From Macrostomum lignano (taxonomy: Eukaryota): 64,000 nucleotides of DNA. The DNA lies in assembly GCA_002269645.1 (NCBI GenBank), contig NIVC01002070.1, forward strand, positions 104,573 to 168,572, written 5' to 3'. The notes below the pieces were generated by a model. It ran no database searches. It was not told the origin of the DNA and saw only the letters and a program-made list of their open reading frames with translations. Within the stretch, counting starts at the first letter, position 1. Each line of letters starts with the position of its first letter. The translations under genes and the position numbers were made by a program. Positions 1 through 13,400 of the stretch are shown piece after piece.

Positions 1-45
1 AAACTTCTTTCTTCATATTTCTCTCCCAAAATAACTTTCCAACAG

Positions 46-3000
46 GCACAAGGAATTACACTGAGCGCCTGGTTGTGGGGAACCAGCTGGCCTCCGTCAT
101 CTCCAGCTTCCCTGAGTCCCGTTGCGCCAACGATTGTGAGAGTGATGAAGCAAAACAGTTCCCCACCAGCAGCTGCTGTTGGATCTGCATCAAATGCGGC
201 AGGTGAGCCTTCAGTGGTCATGACAGCGGTCATGTCTGTTTTTATGACGATGTTCATGCCTGTTTTTATGACGATGGTCATGTCTGTTTTTATGACGATG
301 GTCATGCCTGTTTTTATGACGATGGTCATGCCTGTTTTTATGACGATGGTCATGCCTGTTTTTATGACGATGTTCATGCCTGTTTTTATGACGATGGTCA
401 TGTCTGTTTTTATGACGATGGTCATGCCTGTTTTTATGACGATGGTCATGTCTGTTTTTATGACGATGGTCATGTCTGTTTTTATGACGATGGTCATGTC
501 TGTTTTTATGACGATGGTCATGCCTGTTTTTATGACGATGGTCATGCCTGTTTTTATGACGATGTTCATGCCTGTTTTTATGACGATGGTCATGTCTGTT
601 TTTATGACGATGGTCATGCCTGTTTTTATGACGATGGTCATGTCTGTTTTTATGACGATGGTCATGTCTGTTTTTATGACGATGGTCATGTCTGTTTTTA
701 TGACGATGGTCATGCCTGTTTTTATGACGATGGTCATGTCTGTTTTTATGACGATGGTCATGCCTGTTTTTATGACGATGGTCATGTCTGTTTTTATGAC
801 GATGGTCATGTCTGTTTTTATGACGATGGTCATGTCTGTTTTTATGACGATGGTCATGCCTGTTTTTATGACGATGGTCATGTCTGTTTTTATGACGATG
901 GTCATGCCTGTTTTTATGACGATGGTCATGTCTGTTTTTATGACGATGGTCATGCCTGTTTTTATGACGATGGTCATGCCTGTTTTTATGACGATGGTCA
1001 TGCCTGTTTTTATGACGATGGTCATGCCTGTTTTTATGACGATGGTCATGTCTGTTTTTATGACGATGGTCATGTCTGTTTTTATGACGATGGTCATGTC
1101 TGTTTTTATGACGATGGTCATGCCTGTTTTTATGACGATGGTCATGCCTGTTTTTATGACGATGGTCATGCCTGTTTTTATGACGATGGTCATGTCTGTT
1201 TTTATGACGATGGTCATGTCTGTTTTTATGACGATGGTCATGCCTGTTTTTATGACGATGGTCATGTCTGTTTTTATGACGATGGTCATGCCTGTTTTTA
1301 TGACGATGGTCATGCCTGTTTTTATGACGATGGTCATGTCTGTTTTTATGACGATGGTCATGCCTGTTTTTATGACGATGGTCATGCCTGTTTTTATGAC
1401 GATGGTCATGTCTGTTTTTATGACGATGGTCATGCCTGTTTTTATGACGATGGTCATGCCTGTTTCAATGACGGTTTCACAACCGCTTACATGACTCTGA
1501 TCATAACCTATCCAATGACCACAAAGATGACCGCTTAGAATTCTATCCAACCAAACACTGTGGCCAGGTACGACATTGTGGCTCAGCCTCAGCGCCCGAA
1601 GTCAGCGACGCACGGTGAGCCGCAGCCGCAGCCGCAGCCGCAGCCGCAGCCGCTGTCTTTCGCGGCCTCGGGTCGGCAGGTTTGCCAGACCTGCCCGAAC
1701 GGCAGCCAGCCGGACCCCGAGCGGCGCAGGTGTCTGGAGCTGCCGCTGGCCTGGAGCGGCTACAGCCATCCGCACACAGTGCCAGTGGCTGTCATCTCGG
1801 CACTTGGGCTGGCAACTACAGGAGCCTTCGGCCTGGTGTTCCTGAGCAAGAGGGACACGCCACTCATTAAGGCTTCAGGTAAAGCACTGCCCGTAGGGGG
1901 TCGCTGGGGGTTGGACAGAATGCCAGATTATCTATTAGTGACGTCATTCACCTCTGCTATCACCAGTTGTGACGTCATTCACCTCTGATATCACCAGTTG
2001 TGACGTCATTCACCTCTGATATCACCAGTTGTGACGTCATACACCTCAGCTATCACTAGTTGTGACGTCATCTAACCTCTGATATCACAAGTTGTGACGT
2101 CATACACCTCAGCTATCACTAGTTGTGACGTCATCTAACCTCTGATATCACCAGTTGCGACGTCATGCACTATCGTCTATGCTTAGATCTGTAGGTATGC
2201 ACCCAGAGCACAGAAGTACAGATGGGGGTCACAGCTACAAGACTCTACATCACGACATTTGAAATACTAAAATTTAGTTTGAAATTGATCTCATATAAAA
2301 AGCCAATCAACCGATTAGTAAGCCCGAATTCATGGACTCAAAGCTTTGATCAATTAATTATCGTCCAGTCTGCATTTTTTTCTCTCTGAGATTGGGATTG
2401 GCCGAAACCCGAACGGAGCAATTTCATGAAATAATTTAGACTCAAGCCTGACGGACTTACAGGGGGAGTTGGGGTGGGTGCGGACCCCCGCTGAGCTCGG
2501 ACAAACACTGATTTACCCATATCGCAGCCATGAATTATGCAGCCGCGCTGCCAGCCAGGCAGGGAGCTCGGGCTTGCGGGAGGCTGCCAACTCGGATTGG
2601 CCACCATCCATTGGAATGTGGATCTAGGATCTGGGATCTAGGATCTGGGATCTAGGATCTGGGATCTAGGATCTGGGATCTAGGATCTGGGATCTAGGAT
2701 CTGGGATCTAGGATCTGGGATCTAGGATCTGGGATCTAGGATCTGGGATCTAGGATCTGGGATCTAGGATCTGGGATCTAGGATCTGGGATCTAGGATCT
2801 GGGATCTAGGATCTGGGATCTAGGATCTGGGATCTAGGATCTGGGATCTAGGATCTGGGATCTAGGATCTGGGATCTAGGATCTGGGATCTAGGATCTGG
2901 GATCTAGGATCTGGGATCTAGGATCTGGGATCTAGGATCTGGGATCTAGGATCTGGGATCTAGGATCTGGGATCTAGGATCTGGGATCTAGGATCTGGGA

Positions 3001-5379
3001 TCTAGGATCTGGGATCTAGGATCTGGGATCTAGGATCTGGGATCTAGGATCTGGGATCTAGGATCTGGGATCTAGGATCTGGGATCTAGGATCTGGGATC
3101 TAGGATCTGGGATCTAGGATCTGGGATCTAGGATCTGGGATCTAGGATCTGGGATCTAGGATCTGGGATCTAGGATCTGGGATCTAGGATCTGGGATCTA
3201 GGATCTGGGATCTAGGATCTGGGATCTAGGATCTGGGATCTAGGATCTGGGATCTAGGATCTGGGATCTAGGATCTGGGATCTAGGATCTGGGATCTAGG
3301 ATCTGGGATCTAGGATCTGGGATCTAGGATCTGGGATCTAGGATCTGGGATCTAGGATCTGGGATCTAGGATCTGGGATCTAGGATCTGGGATCTAGGAT
3401 CTGGGATCTAGGATCTGGGATCTAGGATCTGGGATCTAGGATCTGGGATCTAGGATCTGGGATCTAGGATCTGGGATCTAGGATCTGGGATCTAGGATCT
3501 GGGATCTAGGATCTGGGATCTAGGATCTGGGATCTAGGATCTGGGATCTAGGATCTGGGATCTAGGATCTGGGATCTAGGATCTGGGATCTAGGATCTGG
3601 GATCTAGGATCTGGGATCTAGGATCTGGGATCTAGGATCTGGGATCTAGGATCTGGGATCTAGGATCTGGGATCTAGGATCTGGGATCTAGGATCTGGGA
3701 TCTAGGATCTGGGATCTAGGATCTGGGATCTAGGATCTGGGATCTAGGATCTGGGATCTAGGATCTGGGATCTAGGATTTGGGATCAAACAATCAAAAGT
3801 AACTCAAGCAACCCACTTACCGCAGGCCGGGAGACATCTGCGGTGCTGCTGGTCGGGATTTTCCTGTCCTACCTGTGCCCCTACCTGATGCTGCTGAAGC
3901 CGCACCTGGTGGTCTGCGCGCTGACCCGCCTGGCCCCCGGCCTCTGCTTCACCGTGTGCTACGCGGCCATCCTGGCCAAGACCAACCGCATTGCGCGTAT
4001 CTTCCAGGTGTCCGCCAGCTCCTCCAAGCGCACGAAGTTCACCAGCCCGATCTCGCAGCTGTACATCATCGGCTCCATGGTGGTGGCCGAGCTGCTCATC
4101 CTGGCCGTCGGCCTCGTCGTTGACACGCCACGCGCCGTGGTGCGCGAGTCGCACGAGGTCCGGGCGCTCGAGTGCAGCGGGGTTCGAGCCGCGCACCTCA
4201 GCACGGGCATCTCCTTCCCCATCGTGCTGCTGCTGCTGGCCACCCTCTACGCCTTCAAGATCCGCAAAGTCCCGGACGGCTTTAACGAAAGCCGCATGCT
4301 GGCCTTCGTCAACTACGCCAACTGCACCGTGGTGATCATCCTCATTCCCGTCATGTTCGTGCTGGACAGGGAGGCAAGTCTAATTAATCGCGTGTCTTTG
4401 ATCCCGTGTCTTTGATCCCATGTCTTTGATCTCGTGTCTTTGATCCCATGTCTTTGATCTCGTGTCTTTGATTCCATGTCTTTGATCTCGTGTCTTTGAT
4501 TCCATGTCTTTGATCCCGTGTCTTTGATCCCGTGACTTTGATCCCGTGTTTTTGATCCATGTCTTTGATCCCGTGACTTTGATCCCGTGTCTTTGACCCC
4601 ATGTCTTTGATCCCGTGACTTTGACCCCGTGTCTTTGATCCATGTCTTTGATCCCGTGTCTTTGATCCCGTGACTTTGATCCCGTGTCTTTGATCCATGT
4701 CTTTGATCCCGTGTCTTTGATCCCATATCTTTGATCCCGTGTCTTTGATCCATGTCTTTGATCCCGTGTCTTTGATCCCATGTCTTTGATCCCAGATCCC
4801 AGATCCCTGAAATCAGATCTCGGATCCCAGATCTCAGATCCCAGATCCCAGTTCCAAGATCTCAGTTCCCAGATCCCAGATCCCAGATCCCAGATCTCAG
4901 ATCCCAGATCCCAGATCCCAGACCCCAGATCCCAGATCCCAGATCCCGGATCCCAGATCATAGAGGCATAGAATACATCCGCAGGATACAGTACCCATTG
5001 CTCAGCTGCATGCCAGCCAGACTAATCTGCACTAATGGACCGATCAACATGTGGTGACTGAAAATGGGCTTTTTCCTGTTCCTGAGCCCTAGCCACCCAC
5101 ACCGTTAATCCCCAGCTTTGCCGAGCACTCTCCTCACCCAGTGCTGGCTGCTGGCACCAGTGCTGAGTTGCGTCTGCCAACAGACTCGCCCTCACTCTGC
5201 GAGAGTTTTTTCTACTCAGAATTCCGTCAAAAATTCCCTCCTCCATTTCCGACCCGAAAGTGCATCTCCAGTTGAGGGTCTGCGAGCTTGAGACAGAGAT
5301 TGCGGAGCCGGGGTGCAGACATGCATGATTAATGATGCAATTAGATAGATAGATAGATAGATAAGAGAGATAGATAGAG

Positions 5380-5421
<42 letters not shown>

Positions 5422-6367
5422 TAGATAGCGAGAAAGAGCGAGCGAAGCGAGCTCTTTCGAGCTTGCTTGCCGCAGCCAATCAAGCTGAAAGCACGCACAC
5501 AAGATCACCGGAAACAATTAAGGCAGCTGGAAAGCCAATGGGCGCTATCTATAGATAGATAGGTAGGTAGATATGCCATAACGAAGACTAAGACTAACCA
5601 AACCATGATTCCCCCCGCCAAGGTGCAGACCGGGGTGGTGATCTGCTACGGCATGCAGCTGTCGGCCACGGCGGTGCTGCTCGGCCTGTTCCTGCCCAGG
5701 ATTTACATCGTGATCGCGCGGCCGGAGAAGAACACGAAGGAGGCCATCATGTGCCGGGCAAGGTCGCAGGGAACGCTCAACAATGCAAAATACTCGCAGG
5801 CTGAGATTCGAAATTCCCTCAGTGAGAATTCTGGCACGCATGGCCCTTTGATGAGTTTTCTCGCCTCATTTTTTGGAAAGACATGGAAATTAGGATGACG
5901 CAGCACCAAATCGATTAATTATTCTGCATCGTTAATGCCAATCTCCTTCATCATCCAACCGAGCAGGCTCCATCGCCCACGACGCTGCCAGCACGGTGGA
6001 CCCGACGATCCCAGCATCTCCGGACACTGTCCGCTGCCTCAGCGACTCCGGCCGTTCGAGACGTCGAGACAACGGCGGCAGGCAGCTCCGCCGCGAGAAT
6101 TCGGACCCAGGCAGCGGCCGCCGAAAGCAGACCGTGCAGCAGCAGTCGGGCTGCGACTGCCGGGTGCACAGAAACGCGTCCTTCACCGACGCTGGCACAT
6201 CAACGTCCATGCAGCTGCACCGGCAGCAGTCGCCGCCGCCGTGGACGTCGGCCGAGACAAGAAGGAACAAAGCCGACAACGGACTGGAGGCCGACGGCGT
6301 CAAATACTTTTTCGAGTCACCGGAGTCGCCGCAGTGGGACTGCGCCCAGTTCACCACCACAGTCTGA
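46..6367 (+). CDS. Metabotropic glutamate receptor-like class C GPCR, 3' part (5' exons upstream of window); exons 46-202, 1568-1878, 3826-4373, 5623-5821, 5967-6367
   Basis: Cys-rich domain (FPESRCANDC...SSCCWICIKC; VCQTCPNG...RRC) followed by 7TM motifs (TPLIKASGRE, CYAAILAKTNRIARIF, KIRKVPDGFNES, LFLPRIYIVIARPEKN). Splice phases agree at all junctions (2,1,0,1); intron 3 needs a GC donor (GAG|gcaagt at 4374). Confidence 0.9.
216..1463. repeat. 24-bp minisatellite (CATGYCTGTTTTTATGACGATGGT), ~52 copies, GPCR intron
   Basis: Visible tandem array; the 473-aa ORF over it is an artefact of the in-frame unit. Confidence 0.97.
1939..2166. repeat. 31-32-bp minisatellite, each unit carrying the TGACGTCA palindrome
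   Basis: TGACGTCA at 1939, 1970, 2001, 2032, 2063, 2095, 2126, plus a variant at 2158. Confidence 0.9.
2620..3785. repeat. 14-bp minisatellite (GGATCTAGGATCTG)n, ~83 near-perfect copies
   Basis: Homogeneous tandem array ending ~40 nt before the 3826 acceptor. Confidence 0.98.
4392..4957. repeat. Compound minisatellite: (GTCTTTGATCCC..)n then (GATCCCA)n
   Basis: Direct inspection; the (GATCCCA)n part is the reverse complement of the TGGGATC core at 2620-3785. Confidence 0.95.
5341..5430. repeat. (GATA)n microsatellite
   Basis: Direct inspection. Confidence 0.9.
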
Positions 6368-6435
6368 CTGTCGGGCAGAGGCCGACCCCGGATGCGCTTC
6401 TCTAGCAACCATGGCTGGTTTCCATGGAGATGCGC

Positions 6436-7895
6436 AATTGATAGAGCTGATCTATTGATCTCTATGATTGATTGATAGAGCTGATCCATTGATCTATGAT
6501 TAATGATAGAGCTGATCGATTGATTTATGATTAATTGATAGAGCTGATCGAGTGATCTATGATTGATTGATAGAGCAGATCTATTGATCTCTATGATTGA
6601 TTGATAGAGCGGATCCATTGATCTATGATTGATGATAGAGCTGATCGATTGATTTATGATTAATTGATACAGCTGATCGAGTGATCTATGATTGATTGAT
6701 AGAGCTGATTGATTGATCTATAATTGATGATAAAGCTGATCGAGTGATCTATGATTGATTGATAGAGCTGATCCATTGATGTATGATTGATGATAGAGCT
6801 GATCGATTGATTTATGATTAATTGATAGAGCTGATCGAGTGATCTATGATTGATTGATAGAGCTGATTGATTGATCTATAATTGATGATAAAGCTGATCG
6901 AGTGATCTATGATTGATTGATAGAGCTGATCGATTGATTTATGATTAATTGATAGAGCTGATCGAGTGATCTTTGATTGATGATAGAGCTGATCGATTGA
7001 TTTATGATTAATTGATAGAGCTGATCGAGTGATCTATGATTGATTGATAGAGCTGATTGATTGATCTATAATTGATGATAAAGCTGATCGAGTGATCTAT
7101 GATTGATTGATAGAGCTGATCCATTGATCTATGATTGATGATAGAGCTGATCGATTGATTTATGATTGATTAATAGAGCTGATCCATTGATCTATGATTG
7201 ATTGATAGAGCTGATCGATTGATAGAGCTGATGATCTCTATGATTGATTGATAGAGTTGATCCATTGATATATGATCGATTGATAGAGCTGATCCATTGA
7301 TATATGATTGATTGATGGAGCTGATCCATTGATATATGATTGATTGATAGAGCTGATCCATTGATATATGATTGATTGATAGAGTTGATCCATTGATCTA
7401 TGATTGATTGATAGAGCTGATCCATTGATCTATGATTGATTGATAGAGCTGATCCATTGATCTATGATTGATTGATAGAGCTGATCCATTGATCTATGAT
7501 TGATTGATAGAGCTGATCCATTGATCTATGATTGATTGATAGAGCTGATCCATTGATCTATGATTGATTGATAGAGCTGATCCATTGATCTATGATTGAT
7601 TGATAGAGTTGATCCATTGATCTATGATTGATTGATAGAGCTGATCTATTGATCTCTATGATTGATTGATAGAGCTGATCCATTGATCTATGATTGATGA
7701 TAGAGCTGATCTATTGATCTCTATGATTGATTGATAGAGCTGATCCATTGATCTATGATTGATGATAGAGCTGATCGATTGATTTATGATTAATTGATAG
7801 AGCTGATCGAGTGATCTATGATTGATTGATAGAGCTGATCCATTGATATATGATTGATTGATAGAGCTGATCCATTGATCTATGATTGATTGATA
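6436..7895. repeat. ~32-bp minisatellite (ATTGATAGAGCTGATCCATTGATCTATGATTG)n downstream of the GPCR stop
   Basis: Tandem array with 28-35-bp variants. Confidence 0.95.
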
Positions 7896-7932
7896 TTAAT
7901 CAATTATTCTGTGATTGGTAGGTAAGAGCTGA

Positions 7933-8663
7933 TCAATTGATTAAATTTACATTAATGGTGCATGACACAATGAATAATTCATCAAGCAATTCCCTGTTGT
8001 TACTATTTCCCAAAACGCCGTATTTACGCCTCTCGTACACGCGACACGTCCGCAAGGCAAAGTCGTAATCTACATTCGTAATCCCAAGAAAACAGCCGTT
8101 TTTCTTGTTGTCAAAGTCCTGCAGCAACGCGTTCCGCGCCCAGGAGCCCGCATTTCGATCTGTGCGAAATAGCACTAGAAATGCATATTTACTTAGCTAG
8201 TGAACGCCTGGCACTTGCAGCTGCGGAACACCTCGAGAAAAATTTACAATGCAATCATTTAAATTCGTGCGTTTTTAACTACACACTCTACTTAAAGTAG
8301 AAGAAATCTACGTTGAAACAAAATAAAAAAGTATAAGCTACGCGGCCGAAATGTTTTATAACTAATAATTGCACTTATGTTTGCATAGAAATGGGTTAGC
8401 AGGCTTGCGTGCATTTATTATCAATTACTATAAGTAGTTCTTGCGCGAATAACGGTTAAAACAGCTAGACGATTTCTAAAGTAAGAAAATTAGGAGAACA
8501 ACTAATTTACAGCGACTGGGCTACTTCCACATGCTTGCCTGGTTGACGGGGCAGATATTTGTACAGCTATTGGCATATTGGTTCATAACAATAGGAATGC
8601 TGGATTGGATACTGTTAATTCCACTTTGAGCAGGAGCACTGTACGAGTATGAGATTGGTGCCG
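7933..8663 (-). CDS. Probable terminal exons of an unidentified Cys-containing protein gene
   Basis: Open frames behind acceptor-like sites (tttctag| near 8176; ctccag| near 8664): ...NSCTNICPVNQ and ...NGCFLGITNVDYDFALRTC. No family recognised; exon structure unresolved. Confidence 0.3.
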
Positions 8664-8685
8664 CTGGAGAGCAGATAGACAAGCT

Positions 8686-8778
8686 AGTCTGTCTGTTTTA
8701 GTGTTTTTCTTTAGTGTCGGTCCGTCTGTCTGTCTTTGTGTCTGTCTGTCTTTGTGTCTGTCTGTCTTTGTGTCTTTG

Positions 8779-8823
<45 letters not shown>

Positions 8824-9031
8824 TATTGTTTGTCTTTAGTCTCTGTCCGTCTGTCTGTCCATGTGTCTGTCTGTCTGTCTGTCTTATTGTTTGTCTTTAG
8901 TCTCTGTCCGTCTGTCTGTCCGTCTGTCTTTGAGTCTGTCTGCCCGTCTGTCTGTCTTAGTGTCTGTCTGTCTGCCTTTATGTCTGTCTGTCTGCCTTTA
9001 TGTCTGTCTGTCTGCCCTTGTGTCTGTCTGT
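8686..9031. repeat. (GTCT)n-type compound microsatellite, left flank of the YR element
   Basis: Shares the variant block TCTGTCTGTCTTATTGTTTGTCTTTAGT with the right-flank tract at 25700-25895, in the same orientation. Confidence 0.9.
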
Positions 9032-10483
9032 TCTACTGTCTGTGTGTTTACGTGGACTTTTTGGAAGTTCAGTAGCCTCGTTAGCTGGACCACCCGGTGT
9101 AGGTAGACCACTTAGGTGGACCACCAAATAATTTTGTCTCTGGTGGGGTTAAGACGTTGATGAGGATCTCAAATTAATGTCAGGCGGGTCAAGAAGGGCT
9201 CTAGCAATTTTGGAATGTCTAGCATGGTTTTTTCCAAAGTTATTCGCATTTCAGTTTAGCTGGACCTCCAGCCTGGTCTACCTAAACCGAGCGAGTCTGG
9301 TCCACGTAAACCGAAAAATTTCAGAAAATTTTTCGAAAATCGTCTGTTTGTGTCTGTTTGTGTCTGTTTGTGTCTGTTTGTGTATAGCAGTTATTAAGCA
9401 TAGATTCGATGCAAAACTGAATTTTTTTACATATCATTACCTTACGAACAAATGGCTATGTTAACATCATATTATGACCGCCACTGGCCTTAAAACAATA
9501 TGCGTTAAAATTCTTTGACATTCAAGTAGGTACGCAGGTTAATTTAAAATTCTGACAACCTCGTATGCGAAATGAATTTTATATAGTAAACTTTAAACTC
9601 CATTTAATTAGCTCAGTTCCAGCAATTCCGGTATCGTACTCTGAGCAGAGACTCACAGAGTAAGACACCAATGTAAAGAAATCCAATTTACTAACCAGAT
9701 CAAGCGATAAAGACTCCGAGACAAGAAAGATATTTAAGTGAAGCTTAAACAATATTCTTCAATGACTTCTCAAGAACTCCCAGTGGTCCTTGATAGCCAC
9801 ACTGTGTAAATGAAAATTTCTGAGGCTCTACCATTACACAAGAAAAAATTAATAGCAACTTCATAAATTAAGTGCTTGCCAACTCTATCGCAAACACTAT
9901 GGGATATCTTGAAGAAGAAGATCCTAAGCTGCAGCCTTTTAAGTGCAAAGTTGAAGATGCAATTTACCTAATTGAAAAGGGCCATTCATACATGTACATG
10001 CAAAATCAAGAGGACGCAATTAAGAAGGGCCTTTTAGCTAGAAATTGGGTCTCTGAATCTCTAGCAAAAGATCGACTTGATTGCGGTCCCAGTAAAACTA
10101 AGAACGCATTAACAGTCGGCCTAACACTAACTGTCTGTTTGGTCCACGTAAACACATTTGCAGGAGTATAGGGTTGGAACAGACAGACAGACAGACCTCC
10201 CTTTCTATAATTGGCTGGTTAACACTTAGGAGGAAAGATCAACCCCAACGATGGGACCGACCTCAGCCAATAGGAAACCCGCAAGGGTTCTGAAGGTAAG
10301 ACTGTAGAGAGAGGGATATATAATGTCTAAGCGGGTGGTCCCCGTAAACCATGGCGTAGTTAGACCACACACAGACAGTTTTATAAATTAGAACTGATTC
10401 TATTCACACTTATTAGGTCTAACATTATTTTCCATACTCTAAGTTTCATCTATAGATAAATTTATTGTGCCAAGCAAGATATA

Positions 10484-13400
10484 ATGACCCGAAAAAAAAA
10501 CAAAAAGGACGCCAAGCCTAAGCCTAAGGTAAAACCTAAAAAAACTGCGACGCAAAAAGCCACTGCAAAATCGACGAAGGCCGCATCGCCTGGTGAAAAC
10601 CGACAGTCTGCTCGCAAAACCATCGACACCGAGTCCAGAAAAGTGAGTTTCGTTTGATGATCTCAAAATAGCTAATTGCAAGGCCTATCTAACCTACAGA
10701 CACAACTGAAGCAGCTCTCTCAGTCTGTTTGGGGCTTTGGCTCACAGAGCTGTCTTGAAAGTTTAGTGCAGGAATGCTTACGTTTCTTGGAATGCAATCA
10801 GAACAGATTCTTAGAAAGCGAGCTGGTCCACCATGAGATCAGAATGTCTGCACTGTGTAAATGAATGGTCTCTAGGCATTCCGACTCAGATTATCGCCTA
10901 GTAGTGCTGTAGAGAAGGTGGTCCACCTAACCTACAGACACAACTGAAGCAGCTCTCTCAGTCTGAGGGTCACACGGATACACTGCAGCGGTTTTGAATT
11001 TAAGCTTCCGACTTTGACTTGTCTTTTTATTCTCTAACTTCCTAGGAGCCTGAGGTCGAATTTCGTTCTCCTGAGCTCGACCAGTCTGACGCTTCGAAAA
11101 AGTTGAAATCGCGCTCTACGTCTGCATCACGCCTTGATGAAGGCGCTCAGTCGCACAACGCTACCGCGGATGCAGGCGCTACTCCAGCCTCGAAGAAGGC
11201 CGCATCGCCAGGTGAAAATCGTCGGTCTACTGGCAAATCCGTCGACACCGAGTCCAGAAAAGTGAGTTTCGCTTGATGATCTCAAAGTAGCTAGCTGCAA
11301 CTCAATTGCTGTAGAGAAGCTGGTCCACCTAACCTACAGACACAACTGAAGCAGCTCTCTCAGTCTGTTTGGGGCTTTGAATCTTGGAAGGTGGTCCACC
11401 TAACCTACAGACACATCTGAAGCAGCTTTCTCAGTCTGTTTGGGGCTTTGACTCTTATAAGGTGGTCCACCTAACCTACAGACACAACTGAAGCAGCTTT
11501 CTCAGTCTGTTTGGGGCCTTGGCTCTCAGAGCTGTCTTGAAAGTTTAGTGCGGGAATGTTTCCGTTTCTTGGAATGCAATCAGAACAGATTCTTAGAAAG
11601 CGAGCTGGTCCACCATGAGATCAGAATGTCTGCACTGTGTAAATGAATGGTCTCTAGACATTCCGACTCAGATTATCGCCTAGTAGTGCTGTAGAGAAGG
11701 TGGTCCACCTAACCTACAAACTCAACTGGAGCAGCTCTCTCAGTCTGTTTGAGGGTCACACGTAGGGATGTCGACCCCGGGGAGTGCTCCCCGGGGCCCC
11801 GGGGAGCTTGTCGGGGAATATTCCCCGGGGAATTGAACCGGGGACCCCGGGGAGAAAAATGCATTTTTAACCTAATTTTTGCCATTAAAATAAGAAAATA
11901 ATTCACAGAGAGCTGATTGAAACTCTGTCTATGCTTTTCTTACCGCATAACTGCTTATCTCAATGTAAAATTTCAAACGCAACACACGTTTGAATGTTTT
12001 TTCACTACGAGTCCTTCAATCAAGCAAATTTCACCTAAAAACCCGTCAGGAAAAAGAAGCTTTACTGACTACTGTGTTGGTCTGCGTTGACGGCTTGACG
12101 GAATTTGACGCAGGCACAGCGCTGCGTCCTGCGGACGCATGGGGGTGTCATACAATAACAAAATGCTCCCTATTAGACAAGGACAATGTCTGCTAGAAAT
12201 AAAAATTTTGATTTTAAAAACAGTCTCATTCATTAATTATCCTCCCACGAGCGTAGCTGCTGAGCATGCATTTTCCGCCTCCACACCACAGTCTGGACTC
12301 CTTCTGACAAAGGTGCACGCACGATTTGATGATGCCACGTTGTCAAATACAGTTTTAAATAAACACAAGCTCCCCGGGGTCGACATCCCTACTACAACCA
12401 AGGGATATAGGCATTTCTTAGGAGCCATTTAAATTTTAAAGTGATCTTATGCGAATTTTAATGTTAAAAGCTTCATGCTGTAACTAACTAATTTAGTAGG
12501 ATTGCATTGTAATCAGTTATTCATTAATTTTTCGCTATTTTTACAAACCATCCCACGTTGTCTTGACTCTTGATTTGCCATCTACTGTTATAACTGAGCC
12601 TGAAGACTTGTCTATACAGAGGACAGTGTTTTGAATCTCTGGCTAAACTGTCTCTCCTCTCTGCGCCTCTCCACTCGCGGGGTACAGAGAAGGCTATTAA
12701 AAAGTTATTCCAAAACACTGTACATTCGCTATGTACATTAAGCCCAATCGCCTGACCCTTCGTCTGGGGGGTCTGGGCTGGTGGAATGAGTGAGCGGCAC
12801 AAACAACAGAAAAAGCAGACAAACTTCACATGCTTACAGTTTCTGTCCTGATTGAGATACAGAGTTGAGACTTTACATTTAGATAGAGAATGAGTCAATA
12901 AAGAATTGCGTCAAATTTGAAGTCAATCGCTTCACGTGGAGCAAGCTTATGACAGCCGAAAGTTAGTCATTTTAAACCTATTTACACTCCTTTGCCCAGA
13001 TCGGGAAAGAGAGGCAGGCGGGCGGAGGTTGGGGTGGTTGCCTCGCTGAAAAAACAGTTAATTTTAAAGTGCACAGCGCCTTTCAGGATTAACTTTGAGA
13101 CTTGAATTTTACACGGTTGAAAGGATCGGTAGAAGTGGAGCGGCGCTATGGAGGATTTAGTAAAAAATCGCGCATTTTGAGCAGTTTTTGCACTTTTAGG
13201 TAGGAAGACTTGAGTTTAGGAAATTTTAAGGTAGCCTAAGACATTCTCCGTAGTAAATTTAGGGCGGGTGCAAAAGTTATCGTAATTTGGTTGAGCGGTT
13301 TGGGACTTGGGAGTCCATAGCAAAGTAATTTGTACACAGACACACACGCAGACAGAGTTTTCATTTTTATAGGTAGAGATTGTTTAGTTTTTACCCTTGC

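Noticed and set aside
73-1494. Long ORFs across minisatellites (e.g. 473 aa here; also 28178-29288, 31943-33135, 38586-39522, 43712-45396)
   Set aside because: Stop-free translations of in-frame repeat units lying in introns or spacers of identified genes.
1615-1679. 65-nt intron removing the (PQ)n stretch in the GPCR exon
   Set aside because: Donor (phase 1) and acceptor (phase 0) are incompatible; the frame is open, so it was modelled as coding.
9872-10171. LQPFKCKVED as a second Dbf4 M motif
   Set aside because: Only a short resemblance to LKxPFxKVED, lacking the downstream YRP; likely chance.
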